Assembly (NCBI GenBank): GCA_963820825.1
Contig: CAWGBN010000006.1
Location: forward strand, 192,001-256,000
Length of the DNA: 64,000 nucleotides
Direction of reading: 5' to 3'
Source of the DNA: Vulcanimicrobiota bacterium
GTDB lineage: Bacteria; Vulcanimicrobiota; Vulcanimicrobiia; Vulcanimicrobiales; Vulcanimicrobiaceae
The notes beneath the pieces are model-generated. The model was not told the origin of the DNA and made no database searches. It saw only the letters and a list, made by a program, of their open reading frames with translations. Position numbers and translations under genes: made by a program. Positions 27,500 through 38,012 of this stretch are shown piece after piece; positions within the stretch are counted from its first letter, which is position 1, and each line of letters opens with the position of its first letter.

Positions 27500-28756
27500 A
27501 TGCAGCCGCCTGGCCGCCGGCGCGTCGTCGTCACGGGCCTGGGGGCCGTCACCCCGGTCGGCAACACCCGCGAGGACTTTTGGAGGCGTCTGATCGCCGG
27601 CGAATCGGGCGTCGCTCCGATTACGGCCTTCGACGCGAGCCTCTTCGACGCACGCATCGCCGCCGAAGTCAAGGACTTCAAGCCCGAAGAACTGATCGGC
27701 CGCAAAGAGGCGCGCCGAATGGATCGCTTCACGCAGTTTGCCTTCGTCGCCGCGCGCGAGGCGATCGCCGACGCGAAGCTTCCCGACGACCCCGAGTTCC
27801 GCCAGCGCGTCGGCGGCGTAATCGGCACCGGCATCGGCGGCATCATCACGTTCTGGCTGAACTCCGACAAGGCGAACGAAAACGGTACGTGGTCGAAGGT
27901 CACGCCGTTCTTCATTCCGATGCTGATGGCCAACGCCGCCACGGCGCATATCTCGATGGCATACGGCTATCACGGGCCATTCTTTGCAGTCGCCAGCGCT
28001 TGCGCGAGCGCCAACGACGCGATCTGCACCGCGTACAATGCAATCGCCTACGGCGATGCGATTGCGATGATCACCGGCGGCAGCGAAGCGACCGTTTCGC
28101 CGTTGGCAATCGGGGGCTTCGGCTCGATGCGTGCGCTCTCGACCCGCAACGACGATCCGACGCGCGCGAGCCGCCCCTTCGATCGCGAGCGCGACGGCTT
28201 CGTGCTCGGCGAAGGCGCCGGCATTCTCGTTCTCGAGGAGCACGAACACGCACGCGCGCGCGGCGCTTCGATCTATTGCGAACTGCTCGGCTACGGCCAA
28301 TCCGCCGATGCATACGATCTGGTTGCCCCCGATCCCGACGGCAGCGGAGTCTTGCTCGCCTTCGCCCGCGCCTTTACCAGTGCCGGCATCGCTCCGAGCG
28401 ACGTGGACTATATCAACGCTCACGGCACGTCCACCCCGATGGGCGATCCGGCGGAGTCGAGGGCGATCGAGAAGACCTTCGGCGAACACGCCTTCGAGAT
28501 CGGCGTCAGCTCGACGAAATCGATGCACGGTCATGCGCTCGGCGCGGCCGGCGGAATCGAGGGTGTCGCGACGGCGCTGGCCGTGCTTCACGATACGATG
28601 CCCCCGACGACGAATTACGAGTTTCCCGACCCCGAATGCCGCCTCGACTACGTTCCGAACGTCGCGCGTCACGCGCCGATTCGGGTCGCGCTCTCGAACT
28701 CGTTCGGCTTCGGCGGTCACAACAGCGTGATCGTCTTCGGCAAGGTCCGGTCATAG
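27500..28756 (+). CDS. fabF: 3-oxoacyl-ACP synthase II
   Basis: RRVVVTGLG, SACAS catalytic Cys, HGTST, GHALGAAG, SNSFGFGGHN. Confidence 0.96.
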   Translation: MQPPGRRRVVVTGLGAVTPVGNTREDFWRRLIAGESGVAPITAFDASLFDARIAAEVKDFKPEELIGRKEARRMDRFTQFAFVAAREAIADAKLPDDPEFRQRVGGVIGTGIGGIITFWLNSDKANENGTWSKVTPFFIPMLMANAATAHISMAYGYHGPFFAVASACASANDAICTAYNAIAYGDAIAMITGGSEATVSPLAIGGFGSMRALSTRNDDPTRASRPFDRERDGFVLGEGAGILVLEEHEHARARGASIYCELLGYGQSADAYDLVAPDPDGSGVLLAFARAFTSAGIAPSDVDYINAHGTSTPMGDPAESRAIEKTFGEHAFEIGVSSTKSMHGHALGAAGGIEGVATALAVLHDTMPPTTNYEFPDPECRLDYVPNVARHAPIRVALSNSFGFGGHNSVIVFGKVRS

Positions 28757-28768
28757 GAAATCTGACGC

Positions 28769-29491
28769 GTGAGCGGCGAGAACTACCGCCGGCGCCTGCG
28801 CGCTCTGCTTCGCCTTGCGGGCGTTGCGCGCGTTGACGACTTCAGTATCTTCGAGCGCGCATTCGTGCACGAGAGCTACGCGAAGGAGCACGGCGGCGGT
28901 TCGAACGAGCGCATGGAGTTTCTCGGTGACTCCGTTCTCGGCTGCATCACGGCGGCATGGCTCTTCGACCGCTTCGCCGACGAGCCGGAGGGATTGCTGA
29001 CGCTGCGCAAGGCGGCGATCGTCAACGACGGACAACTCGCGCAGACCGCGCGGCGGCTCGCCTTCGGCGAGCTGGTCCGGCTCGGCGCCGGTATGCGCGC
29101 CGCCGGCGGGGATGATAATACTTCGGTGCTCGCCGACGCGTTCGAAGCCTTCGTCGGCGCGCTCTACCTGCGTTTCGGTCTGGAAAAGACGCACGCGTTC
29201 GTCCTCTCGCAGCACGTCGAACAACTCGATCACTCCTCGGACGCACTGCTCGACGCGAAGACGCGCCTGCAGCACTACACACAGGAGCATCTCGCGGCAA
29301 CCCCGGTCTACCGCGAAACGAGCCGAGGAACGCCGCAGCACCCCGCGTTTAAGTCGCGGGTGAGCGTAAAGGGTAAGGTCTTGGGCAAGGGCGAGGGCGC
29401 TTCGAAGAAGGCCGCGCAACAAGCGGCCGCCGAGGCGGCACTCCATTCGATCGCGGGCGCGGTGGAGACGAAGAGTCCGGTGCGGCAATGA
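28769..29491 (+). CDS. rnc: Ribonuclease III
   Basis: NERMEFLGDSVLG signature, ADAFEA, dsRBD (DAKTRLQ...SKKAAQQAAA). Confidence 0.97.
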   Translation: MSGENYRRRLRALLRLAGVARVDDFSIFERAFVHESYAKEHGGGSNERMEFLGDSVLGCITAAWLFDRFADEPEGLLTLRKAAIVNDGQLAQTARRLAFGELVRLGAGMRAAGGDDNTSVLADAFEAFVGALYLRFGLEKTHAFVLSQHVEQLDHSSDALLDAKTRLQHYTQEHLAATPVYRETSRGTPQHPAFKSRVSVKGKVLGKGEGASKKAAQQAAAEAALHSIAGAVETKSPVRQ

Positions 29492-32400
29492 AGCTTCGGC
29501 GCATTCGCTCCTTCGGATTCAAGACGTTTGCCGAACCCACCGTGCTCGAGTTCGGCGACGGCGTAACGGCGATCGTCGGGCCGAACGGATCGGGCAAGTC
29601 GAATCTCGTCGATGCGTTTCGCTGGGTCTTGGGCGAGACGTCGAGCAAGAGCCTGCGCGGCCGCGCGCTCGAAGACGTCATCTTCTCCGGCAACGAAGTG
29701 CGCAAACCACTCGGCCTGGCGGAGGTATCGATTCTCTTCGACAACGCCGATCGCAAGCTTCCGATTGAATTTGCGGAAGTCGAGATTACGCGACGCGCCT
29801 ACCGCGTCGGCGAGAGCGAATACTTCATCAATCGCACGCAGGTGCGGCTGCGCGACATCGTCGATCTGCTGACGGGTACCGGACTCGGTCCCGGCTCCTA
29901 CGCGATCGTTTCGCAAGGCCAGATCGACGCGATTCTCACGAGCAAACCGGTCGAACGGCGCGCGCTCTTCGAGGAGACGGCCGGGATCGGAAAGTTCCTC
30001 TCGCGCAAGAACGAGTCGCTGCGGCGTCTCGAGCGAACCGAGCAGAACGGGATTCGCATCAGCGACCTGATCGCCGAACTCGAACGGCGTATCCCGGAGC
30101 TCGAGACGCAGATGCGCCGCGCGCGGCGATACCGCCGCGTCAGCACGCGCGTCCGCGATCTCGAGATCTTAGGATACTTGCGCGCGAGCGCGACGCGCCG
30201 AGCCGAATCGGTCGCGTTGCGCGAGGAGATTGCCAAGAACGAGGAGCTCCGCAGTGCGAACGCGGCGAAAGCCGAGCAGGCCGCGGGCGAGTTCGCGCGC
30301 GTGCGCACGCAGCTCTATCGCGGCGAGCTGCAACTCGAGGAGCTGCGCTCGCAAGCCCAGACAAAGCGCGGCGAACTCGCGCAGCTCGAAGCCCGGTATG
30401 CGGCGGCGCTGGCGCGCCGAGAGGCGCTCGAACGGCAGTCTACCCAGACCAGCCAGGACGCCGCGCGCGTTACCGCCGAGCGCACCTCGCTGGTGACGGC
30501 GATCGAGGGGTTGGAGGGGCGCATAACGCCGCTCGCGCGCGAGATCGACGAATCGCGCGAGCGCGAACTCGCCGCAGCCGCGGCGCTGGCCCAAGCGCGC
30601 GGCAATCTCGAAGCAGTCTTCACGCGGCTGCGTGAAGTCGAGGCGTCGGCCGCCGAGTTTGCAACGCGCAAGGCCGAACGGCGCGTCCAGGCCGAAACGC
30701 TGCGCGCCGAGGCGGAGCGCCTCGACGCCGAAGAGCGAACCGCTCGCGAGCGCGCCGAACAGCTCGAGATCGCGGCGGGCGGCGCATCGCATCGAGAGAA
30801 CGAACGCCGGCGTCAGCTCGCCGCCGCCGAGGAGGAGGTGCTCGAGGCGCGCGGCCGTGCTGAGGACTCCGACCGTGAGGCCGCGCTCGCTCAAGAGGAC
30901 GTCGCGCGCGCGCTCACCGCGCATCGCGATCATTCCGTCGAGGTCAAGGCCGCGGAGTCGCGGCTGCACACCATCGAAGAGCTCGAGAACTCGCTCGAGG
31001 GCCACGTGCCGGGAACGCGCGCCATCGTCGAGGCATGGCAGCGCGGCGAGCTGCGCGGCATCGAAGGAATCGTTTCGAACTTGATCACGACCGACGAGCA
31101 CTACGCGCGTGCGATGGACGTTGCGTTTGGTGCCCGGCTCTCCAACGTCGTGACGAAGACCTCGGAGGATGCGGAGCGCTGCGTCGAGTTTCTCAATCGC
31201 AAAGAGGCCGGGCGAGCGACGTTCCTTCCGCTCGATACGCTCGCGAAGCGCGAAGGCCGCACGCTCGACGATCGACTGGCCGAAGTAACCGGAGTCCTGG
31301 GATACGCGCACACGCTCGTGCACACCGCGCCGCAATTCGCGGGCATCGTCAACTTCTTAGTCGGCAACGTGCTCATCGTTACGACGCTGGAAGTGGGAAT
31401 CGAGCTCGTTCGCGGGCGCGGCCTGCGCGACACGATCGTGACGTTGAACGGCGAGCAGATCACCGGCGGCGGGGCGATTACCGGCGGGCGATTCGTGCGC
31501 GAGCGCTCGATCCTATCGCGGCGTTTTGCCGCCGCCAGCCTGCGCGAAGCCCTCGTCGGGATGCGCCAGCGGCTCGAAGAGGCCGACCAGGCCTTACGCG
31601 CGGCACACCTGCGCGCCGGCGCGGCGATCGGCCAGCGAGATTCGGCGCGCGGTCGTCAGAGCCGAGGCGAAGCGCAGCTCGTCGGTCTACGTGCCGAAAC
31701 GGCGGGGCTTGCGGCCGAAGTGCAGCGCGCGAACGGGGACCTCGAAGCGGCTCGCGCGACGCTAAACGACCTGCGCGCTCGGGCGGCCCGCGCGCGCGAG
31801 CTCGAACGCGCGGCCGAACGCAACGAGCCGTCGGGCGAACGCGGCGAAGAGGAGCGCACCGAGCTCGAAGCGCGGTTGGCGGCCGTACGCGAGGAGATCG
31901 CCGCTGCCGAGGCGGCGCAGAGTACGACGAACGCGCGGGGCGCCGAGCTGCGCGAGCGAGCCGCGGCCCTCACTGCCGAGCGCGACGCAGCGCGGGCGCG
32001 TTTGGCGATGCTCGATCAGGATAGCGAGCGCGGCGGATTGGCGCGCGAAGAGATGCTGGCCCAGATCGCCGCGCTCGTCGAAGAGACGCGCACGGTGCAC
32101 GCGCACGTCGAAGGCCTTCGCCGCGGCGTCGTGGAGCTCGATGGTTCGCTCGAAACGGCGCGCCGCGAGCGCGAAGATCTCGCCGCGCGGCAGATACAGC
32201 TCGAGACCGAAGCGCGGGCTGCCGAACAGGCCGAGCGCGATACGGTCGCGGGCGGCGAGCGCGACCGTACGCGATTGGCGCAAGTCGAGGCCGAGCTCGG
32301 AATGCTCGTCTCACAGTTCGCGCAGAATCCGGCGACGAACGACGAGTGCGCCGACGTCGAGGGCCGTTATCGCGAAGAACCCGACGCCGTCGTCGACGAA

Positions 32401-33051
32401 CTGCCACGCCTGCGCGACGAGCTCGCGCGGCTGCAAGCCAACGTCAACCTCAACGCCGAGTCCGAACGCGCCGAGGTTGCCGAGCGGGAGCAGTTCCTAC
32501 GCGGGCAGATGGAAGACATCGCGAAGGCGCGAGAGACGCTGCTCGAGTCGATTCGCGAGATCGAGCGCGAGACGCAGGTGCGGTTCAACGAGACGTTCGA
32601 GCGCGTCTCCGAATCCTTTGCGGCGATGTACGGACGCCTCTTCGCCGGCGGTGAAGCGAAGATGTGGCAGACGCAGCCCGAGAATCTCTCGGAGACGGGC
32701 ATCGAGATCGCCGTGCGTCCGCCCGGCAAGAAGGCGATGCCGCTCGCCGCGCTCTCGGGCGGGGAGCGCGCGATGACCGCAGCCGCTTTGATCTTCGCGC
32801 TGATCGCGACGAAGCCGGCGCCCTTCTATCTGCTCGACGAAGTCGACGCCGCACTCGACGATGCCAACATCGATCGCTTCTGCGCGATGGTGCGCGAGTT
32901 TGCGACGGAATCGCAGATGCTCATCGTCACCCACAACAAAAAGACGATGGAGATGGCCGATCGCATCTACGGCGTGACGACGCGCGACGCCGGAGTAAGC
33001 ACGATCGTCTCCGCGGAGCTCGCGCGCGAAGCCGAGGCGATGCTTGCCTGA
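29488..33051 (+). CDS. smc: Chromosome segregation protein SMC
   Basis: GPNGSGKSN, coiled coils, hinge GRATFLPL, LSGGE, LLDEVDAALD. Confidence 0.98.
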   Translation: MKLRRIRSFGFKTFAEPTVLEFGDGVTAIVGPNGSGKSNLVDAFRWVLGETSSKSLRGRALEDVIFSGNEVRKPLGLAEVSILFDNADRKLPIEFAEVEITRRAYRVGESEYFINRTQVRLRDIVDLLTGTGLGPGSYAIVSQGQIDAILTSKPVERRALFEETAGIGKFLSRKNESLRRLERTEQNGIRISDLIAELERRIPELETQMRRARRYRRVSTRVRDLEILGYLRASATRRAESVALREEIAKNEELRSANAAKAEQAAGEFARVRTQLYRGELQLEELRSQAQTKRGELAQLEARYAAALARREALERQSTQTSQDAARVTAERTSLVTAIEGLEGRITPLAREIDESRERELAAAAALAQARGNLEAVFTRLREVEASAAEFATRKAERRVQAETLRAEAERLDAEERTARERAEQLEIAAGGASHRENERRRQLAAAEEEVLEARGRAEDSDREAALAQEDVARALTAHRDHSVEVKAAESRLHTIEELENSLEGHVPGTRAIVEAWQRGELRGIEGIVSNLITTDEHYARAMDVAFGARLSNVVTKTSEDAERCVEFLNRKEAGRATFLPLDTLAKREGRTLDDRLAEVTGVLGYAHTLVHTAPQFAGIVNFLVGNVLIVTTLEVGIELVRGRGLRDTIVTLNGEQITGGGAITGGRFVRERSILSRRFAAASLREALVGMRQRLEEADQALRAAHLRAGAAIGQRDSARGRQSRGEAQLVGLRAETAGLAAEVQRANGDLEAARATLNDLRARAARARELERAAERNEPSGERGEEERTELEARLAAVREEIAAAEAAQSTTNARGAELRERAAALTAERDAARARLAMLDQDSERGGLAREEMLAQIAALVEETRTVHAHVEGLRRGVVELDGSLETARREREDLAARQIQLETEARAAEQAERDTVAGGERDRTRLAQVEAELGMLVSQFAQNPATNDECADVEGRYREEPDAVVDELPRLRDELARLQANVNLNAESERAEVAEREQFLRGQMEDIAKARETLLESIREIERETQVRFNETFERVSESFAAMYGRLFAGGEAKMWQTQPENLSETGIEIAVRPPGKKAMPLAALSGGERAMTAAALIFALIATKPAPFYLLDEVDAALDDANIDRFCAMVREFATESQMLIVTHNKKTMEMADRIYGVTTRDAGVSTIVSAELAREAEAMLA

Positions 33052-34627
33052 AAGCGCGCCGGCGCGAAAACGGGCGGCGCTCTTCTCGCTCTCGGATAAG
33101 ACCGGCGCCGACGAGCTCGCGCGTACGCTCACCCAACGCGGTATCGAGATCTACGCGACCGGCGGAACGCAGGCGTTTTTGCGCGATCGCGGCCTGCCGG
33201 CTGCCGACGTCGAAGAACTCACCGGGTTCCCGGCGCTCTTCGGCGGACGCGTCAAGACGCTCCATCCGAAGGTTTTCGGCGCCATTCTCTTCGATCGCAG
33301 CGACGACGAACACGCCACGCAAGCGCAGAAGTACGCGATTCCGGAGATCGTCACGGTCGCGGTGAATCTCTATCCCTTCGAGGCGACGGTCGCGCGCGGC
33401 GGCGCGACGCTCGAAGAAGCGATCGAACAGATCGATATCGGCGGCGTCGCACTGCTGCGCGCCGCGGCGAAGAACTTCGAGCACGTTGCGGTGCTCACGC
33501 ATCCCACCCAGTACCCCGAGTTTCGCGCGGCGATCGAAGCGGACGACATCTCTGCGGCGCTGCGCCGCAAGCTCGCAATCGCCGCGTTCGAGCGAACCGC
33601 GGAGTACGACGTCGCCATTTCGCACTATCTCGCAACCTCGGGCGAACTATTGCCGAGCGAGCTTCCCGGGGCGCTCGCTCTAACGCTGCCGCTTGCCACG
33701 CGTCTGCGCTACGGCACCAATCCGCAGGCGCGAGCCGCGTTCTATCTCGATCGCCTCGAGCGTCTGCCCGAACAGCTCCACGGCAAGGCGCTCTCGTATA
33801 ACAATCTGCTCGACCTCGACGCCACCTTGCGGCTGCTCTCGCGAGCGCCGCTCGGCGCGCAGTTCGGAAGCGAGCACGGACGCTTCGTACGCGCGGCCGT
33901 GGTCAAGCACGCCGTTCCGTGCGGCGTCGCGCAACGCTCGAGCGTGGGCCTCGCGGTGCGCGAGGCGCTCGAGGCCGATCCCGTCTCGGCGTACGGCGGA
34001 ATCGTTGCGGTCGACGCGCCGCTCGATGGTGAGGGCGCGACGGCGCTGCGCGAGTTCTTCCTGGAGATCGTGGCCGCGCCCGGGTTCGACGACGAAGCGC
34101 TCGCCATACTCAAGAGGAAGAAGGATCTGCGGGTTATGCGGTTTGTCCGTACGCTCCCCGACGAGTTGGCGCGCGAGTTGCGTCTGCGCAGCGCGCTGGG
34201 CGGTGTGCTTGCCGAGAACGACGATCCGAACGCGCCGGCCGAGCAGTGGCGCGTCGTGAGCCGGCGGCATCCCGATCCGCAAGAGTGGCACGACCTCGCC
34301 TTTGCATGGGACGTCGTGCGGCACGTCAAGAGCAACGGCATCGTCATCGTGAAGGGCGGCACGACGCGCGGCATCTGCGCCGGTCAGACCAATCGCGTGA
34401 GCGCCGTCCAGATCGCGGCCGCCCGCGCCGGCGAGCGGGCGCGCGGTGCCGCCTGCGCGAGCGACGGTTTCTTTCCGTTCGCCGACGGTTTGGAGGCGGC
34501 CGTCGCCGGCGGCTGTACCGCGATCATCGCGCCTGGCGGATCGATCCGGGACGAAGAGGTGATCGCCGCCGCCGATCGCCACAACGCCGCGCTCGTCTTC
34601 TCGAGCTACCGGTACTTCTTGCATTAG
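33044..34627 (+). CDS. purH: Bifunctional AICAR transformylase/IMP cyclohydrolase
   Basis: SLSDKTG, GRVKTLHP, IDIGG, LRYGTNP, VKH..PCG, SDGFFPF, PGGSIRD. Confidence 0.97.
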   Translation: MPESAPARKRAALFSLSDKTGADELARTLTQRGIEIYATGGTQAFLRDRGLPAADVEELTGFPALFGGRVKTLHPKVFGAILFDRSDDEHATQAQKYAIPEIVTVAVNLYPFEATVARGGATLEEAIEQIDIGGVALLRAAAKNFEHVAVLTHPTQYPEFRAAIEADDISAALRRKLAIAAFERTAEYDVAISHYLATSGELLPSELPGALALTLPLATRLRYGTNPQARAAFYLDRLERLPEQLHGKALSYNNLLDLDATLRLLSRAPLGAQFGSEHGRFVRAAVVKHAVPCGVAQRSSVGLAVREALEADPVSAYGGIVAVDAPLDGEGATALREFFLEIVAAPGFDDEALAILKRKKDLRVMRFVRTLPDELARELRLRSALGGVLAENDDPNAPAEQWRVVSRRHPDPQEWHDLAFAWDVVRHVKSNGIVIVKGGTTRGICAGQTNRVSAVQIAAARAGERARGAACASDGFFPFADGLEAAVAGGCTAIIAPGGSIRDEEVIAAADRHNAALVFSSYRYFLH

Positions 34628-34662
34628 ATGGTTCGCGGCTCGCCGCCGCGTAGAGTATCGAT

Positions 34663-35064
34663 GTGCCGCGATTCTTGCACACGTCGATCTTCGTCAACGA
34701 CATGAACGAATCGATCGAGTTCTATACCGAGAAGTTGGGACTCAAGCTGCTCGACGGTCCCCACCATTATCCGGGCAACGCCGATATGGCCTTCGTCGGA
34801 AACGATTGGAACGCGTACATCGAACTCGTCTACGATCTCGAAGAGCACCCGCCGCACGAGCTCGGTAGCCGTTACGAGCACCTCGCGGTCGAGTCCGACG
34901 GCGATCTCGGCGAGTTCGTCGATTCGCTCAAGCGCAAAGGCGTTCGAGTGCTAAAGGACGTCTACAGATCGCCGAGCGGCACGCGCGCGATCGCCTTCGT
35001 CGAGGATCCCAACGGAATTCCCGTCGAGCTACTCGAGCCGCGCAAAAAACCGAATCTTTCGTAA
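34663..35064 (+). CDS. VOC/glyoxalase I family protein
   Basis: FLHTSIFV, IELVY, YEHLAV, FVEDPNGIPVELL metal-binding pattern. Confidence 0.88.
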   Translation: MPRFLHTSIFVNDMNESIEFYTEKLGLKLLDGPHHYPGNADMAFVGNDWNAYIELVYDLEEHPPHELGSRYEHLAVESDGDLGEFVDSLKRKGVRVLKDVYRSPSGTRAIAFVEDPNGIPVELLEPRKKPNLS

Positions 35065-35070
35065 AAGGCC

Positions 35071-36213
35071 TCAGCGATAGAGAAACGGATCGGTGGGCGC
35101 GGGAACGCGCTCCACGCGCTCGGGTATGAGGCGGCGTTCTCCCGCGGTAGCGGCGACCCGCCCGTCGACGCGCAGCCACGTGCCGTTGGGATAGGGCGGC
35201 GCGCGCTCCAGGCGTACCGCAACGGGCGCGGCGTCGGCGCGACAGCAGGTGATCGCATAGCGTACGATTGCGGCGCCGGCATCGTCGCGCGCGAGCGCAC
35301 CGGTGAACGTGAGATGCTCTCCGGCGAAGAGATCGGTTAAGGTGGTCTCGGTCGCCGAGTATTGCGGCGGCGGCGCCCCCAGCAGCGATCCCGCGAGCAT
35401 CAGCGCGGGTGCGACGCGGCCGGGAGCGCAGCGCGAGCGGCGATGCACGTAGGCGCAGCCGATTGCGACGATCGCACAGCAGGCCAGCGCCGGCGTGAAG
35501 AAGGGATGAACGAGTGCGTCGCCGTTGCGCCATGCGACGACTCCAAGCGCGATTGCGAGCAGCGCGTACGCGAAAGCATCGTTGCCGTGCTCCGCGCGGC
35601 GGGCGGCGGTAAATGCGCGGAGATCCACGATGCCGGCGATGCAGAGAAAAACCGCCGCGGCAGCCGGAGCGTGCGCGCGCAGCGCGCCCGCAAGCGCGAT
35701 TGCGCCGAGTCCGCAGGGTGCCGCAACGAATCCCAACGCCGCGCCGAGCAAAAGACCGCCTGCGCGCGAGAGATGCGTTCCGATGAAGGCAAATTGCATT
35801 GCCGCGCCGGCGAGGAGCGCGGCCGGCAGCACCGCGTCGAGTTCGCGCAGCGGATGCGCGATCGCGCGCGCGCTCGGCGACGGTGCAACGCGACGGTACA
35901 GAATGCGCGCCGCCAGAAGTGCGGCGAGATAGCGCGCGACCGCGACCTGCGGTCCGAAGACGAGCCACGTCGCCGCGGCTGCCGGAAGCGAACGCGCCGC
36001 GGGCCCGCTCCCGCAGCCGCAACCGAGATATTCCAGGAGCGTGCAACGGCGGCGCAGCAGGTGCGAGAGAATCGTGCCCGCGACGACGAACGGCGTCGCT
36101 TCGAAGAGTGCGCTCGCCGATGCGGCCAGCGCGCTGCGCAGGGCGTCGGGAGCGGCCAGCATCGCCAGTGCGAGTGCCGCAGTTCCGTAGAGGGCGTTAC
36201 GCACGCGACCCAA
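35071..36213 (-). CDS. DUF318-like permease fused to a DUF1980/TIGR03943-like C-terminal domain
   Basis: ALFEATPFVVAG, GCGC and APCG in the TM region; C-terminal RYAITCCRADA...WLRVDG...P.DPFLY. Confidence 0.65.
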   Translation of the reverse strand: MGRVRNALYGTAALALAMLAAPDALRSALAASASALFEATPFVVAGTILSHLLRRRCTLLEYLGCGCGSGPAARSLPAAAATWLVFGPQVAVARYLAALLAARILYRRVAPSPSARAIAHPLRELDAVLPAALLAGAAMQFAFIGTHLSRAGGLLLGAALGFVAAPCGLGAIALAGALRAHAPAAAAVFLCIAGIVDLRAFTAARRAEHGNDAFAYALLAIALGVVAWRNGDALVHPFFTPALACCAIVAIGCAYVHRRSRCAPGRVAPALMLAGSLLGAPPPQYSATETTLTDLFAGEHLTFTGALARDDAGAAIVRYAITCCRADAAPVAVRLERAPPYPNGTWLRVDGRVAATAGERRLIPERVERVPAPTDPFLYR

Positions 36214-36269
36214 TCACGCGCGCGCAGGCAATGGCTAGCACGCGCTCGCAGCGAAGGGAAACGCGGATC

Positions 36270-37545
36270 ATGTCTCAGAGACTGAGCGCGCCGCGCGGCA
36301 CTACCGACATATTTCCGCCCGAATCCCAGCGCTGGAACGCGCTCGAGGCGCGGATACGTTCGCTTACGGCTCGCTACGGCTACGGCGAGATCCGCACGCC
36401 GCTCTTTGAATCGACCGGTCTCTTCGTGCGGGGCGTCGGCGAAACCACCGACATCGTCGAAAAGGAGATGTACACGTTCGACGATCGGGGCGGGCGTTCG
36501 CTTACGCTGCGCCCGGAGTGGACCGCTCCGGTCGTGCGTGCCGCCCTGGAGCACAATCTCTTCGAATCGGGTCCGCTACGCCTCTATTACGTCGGACCGA
36601 TCTTTCGCTACGAGCGACCGCAGAGAGGCCGCTACCGGCAGTCGCATCAGTTCGGAGTCGAATGTTTTGGATTCGCCGGACCCGAGGCCGATCTCGAGGT
36701 GGTCTCGCTCGCGTGGGAGCTCGTCGCGAGTCACGGAATCGACGATGCGACGCTCAATCTCAACTCGCTCGGCGACGAGCACTGCCGTCCGCAGTATCGC
36801 GCCGCCTTGCTGGAGCACTTCGCACCGCATCTTTCGGAGATGAGCCGGGAGGCACGGGATCGCGCACTGCGCAATCCGCTGCGCCTGCTCGACAGCAAGG
36901 ATCCCGCCGACGCGCCGTATATCGAGCGCGCGCCGCCGCTCTCGCAGTTTCTCTGCAACGAGTGTCGCGAGCACTTCGACGCGCTCAAGGCGTACTTGGA
37001 CTTGGCCGGAATTCCATACACGCTCAATCCGAAGATCGTTCGCGGTCTCGACTACTACGGTCGAACCGTCTTTGAAATTACCCTCGAACCTGCTCGGCGC
37101 GCAGAGCAGCGTCTGCGGCGGCGGTCGCTACGACGGTTTGGTGCGTTCGCTCGGCGGACCCGACGTTCCGGCCGTGGGCTTTGCGCTGGGCATGGAGCGA
37201 TTTCTCATGATGCTGGAGGCTCGCGGCGAGGACCGGGAGCCTCCGCGCCGCGGCGTACAGGCGATTGCGCTCGGTTCGCAAGCGAGAACCATCGTAGCGC
37301 CGATCGTCGCCGAGCTCCGCCGGCGCCTCAAAGCGCCGACCTTCGTCGACTATCAGGAACGCAAGCTGCTCGCGCATCTGAAGATCGCCGATCGGAACCG
37401 CGCGCGCTTCGCGCTGATCGTGGGGAGCGAGGAGCTCGCTTCCGGCGAGCTGGTGCTTCGCGATCTCGAAGACCGAAGCGACCGTCGCCTCGCGGTGAAC
37501 GAACCGAGAGTCGTTGCCGAGCTCCTCGTAGAAGCGGGTCTTTGA
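36270..37545 (+). CDS. hisS: Histidine--tRNA ligase (one frameshift near 37082)
   Basis: [51 protein letters not shown]; extra C in the CCC run at 37081-37083. Confidence 0.97.
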
Positions 37546-38012
37546 TGGACGACGGACGGCCGATGGACGAACGATACGCGCAGGAGACGCAGACCTTGCG
37601 CGAGCTGCTCGCAATCATGCACGAGCACGATCTCGACACGATCAAGGTCAAGCTCGGCGATTCGGTCTACGAGCTCTCGCGGAGCCAGAGCGCACCGGCG
37701 ACGCATAACCCAGCCTCCGCTCCGTCCGAGCCGCCGGCACCGCAGAGCGATCCCGCGTCCGACGCCGGCGAACATCTAACGAAAGTGCTGGCGCCGCTCA
37801 CCGGCGTCTTCTATCGTTCGCCGTCGCCCGACGCGCCGGCATACGTCGAGGTCGGCGATCGCGTCCAGCCCGGCGACGTCCTTTGCGTGCTCGAAGCGAT
37901 GAAGCTCTTCAACGAAATCCAAAGCGACGACGCGGGCAAGATCGTTCGCGTCGTTCCCGACAGCGGCGAGCTCGTCTCGCAGGGTGAGGAGCTCTTTTGG
38001 CTCGAGCCGTGA
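37545..38012 (+). CDS. accB: Biotin carboxyl carrier protein
   Basis: APLTGVFYRSPSP, EAMKLFNEI biotinylation motif; TGATG overlap with hisS. Confidence 0.93.
   Translation: MDDGRPMDERYAQETQTLRELLAIMHEHDLDTIKVKLGDSVYELSRSQSAPATHNPASAPSEPPAPQSDPASDAGEHLTKVLAPLTGVFYRSPSPDAPAYVEVGDRVQPGDVLCVLEAMKLFNEIQSDDAGKIVRVVPDSGELVSQGEELFWLEP

Noticed and set aside
27383..28720. Long antisense and alternative-frame ORFs (e.g. opposite fabF, sulfatase, aspS)
   Set aside because: Shadow ORFs expected at high GC; Arg/Ala-rich, lacking motifs, and overlapping well-supported genes.
37075..37090. Programmed frameshift or pseudogene in hisS
   Set aside because: A single extra C in a CCC run of an essential gene; the window has many similar indels, so sequencing error is more likely.
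35799..38012. 737-aa HisS-AccB fusion in the ORF track
   Set aside because: Created by the hisS indel; with the frame corrected hisS stops at 37545 and accB starts there (TGATG).
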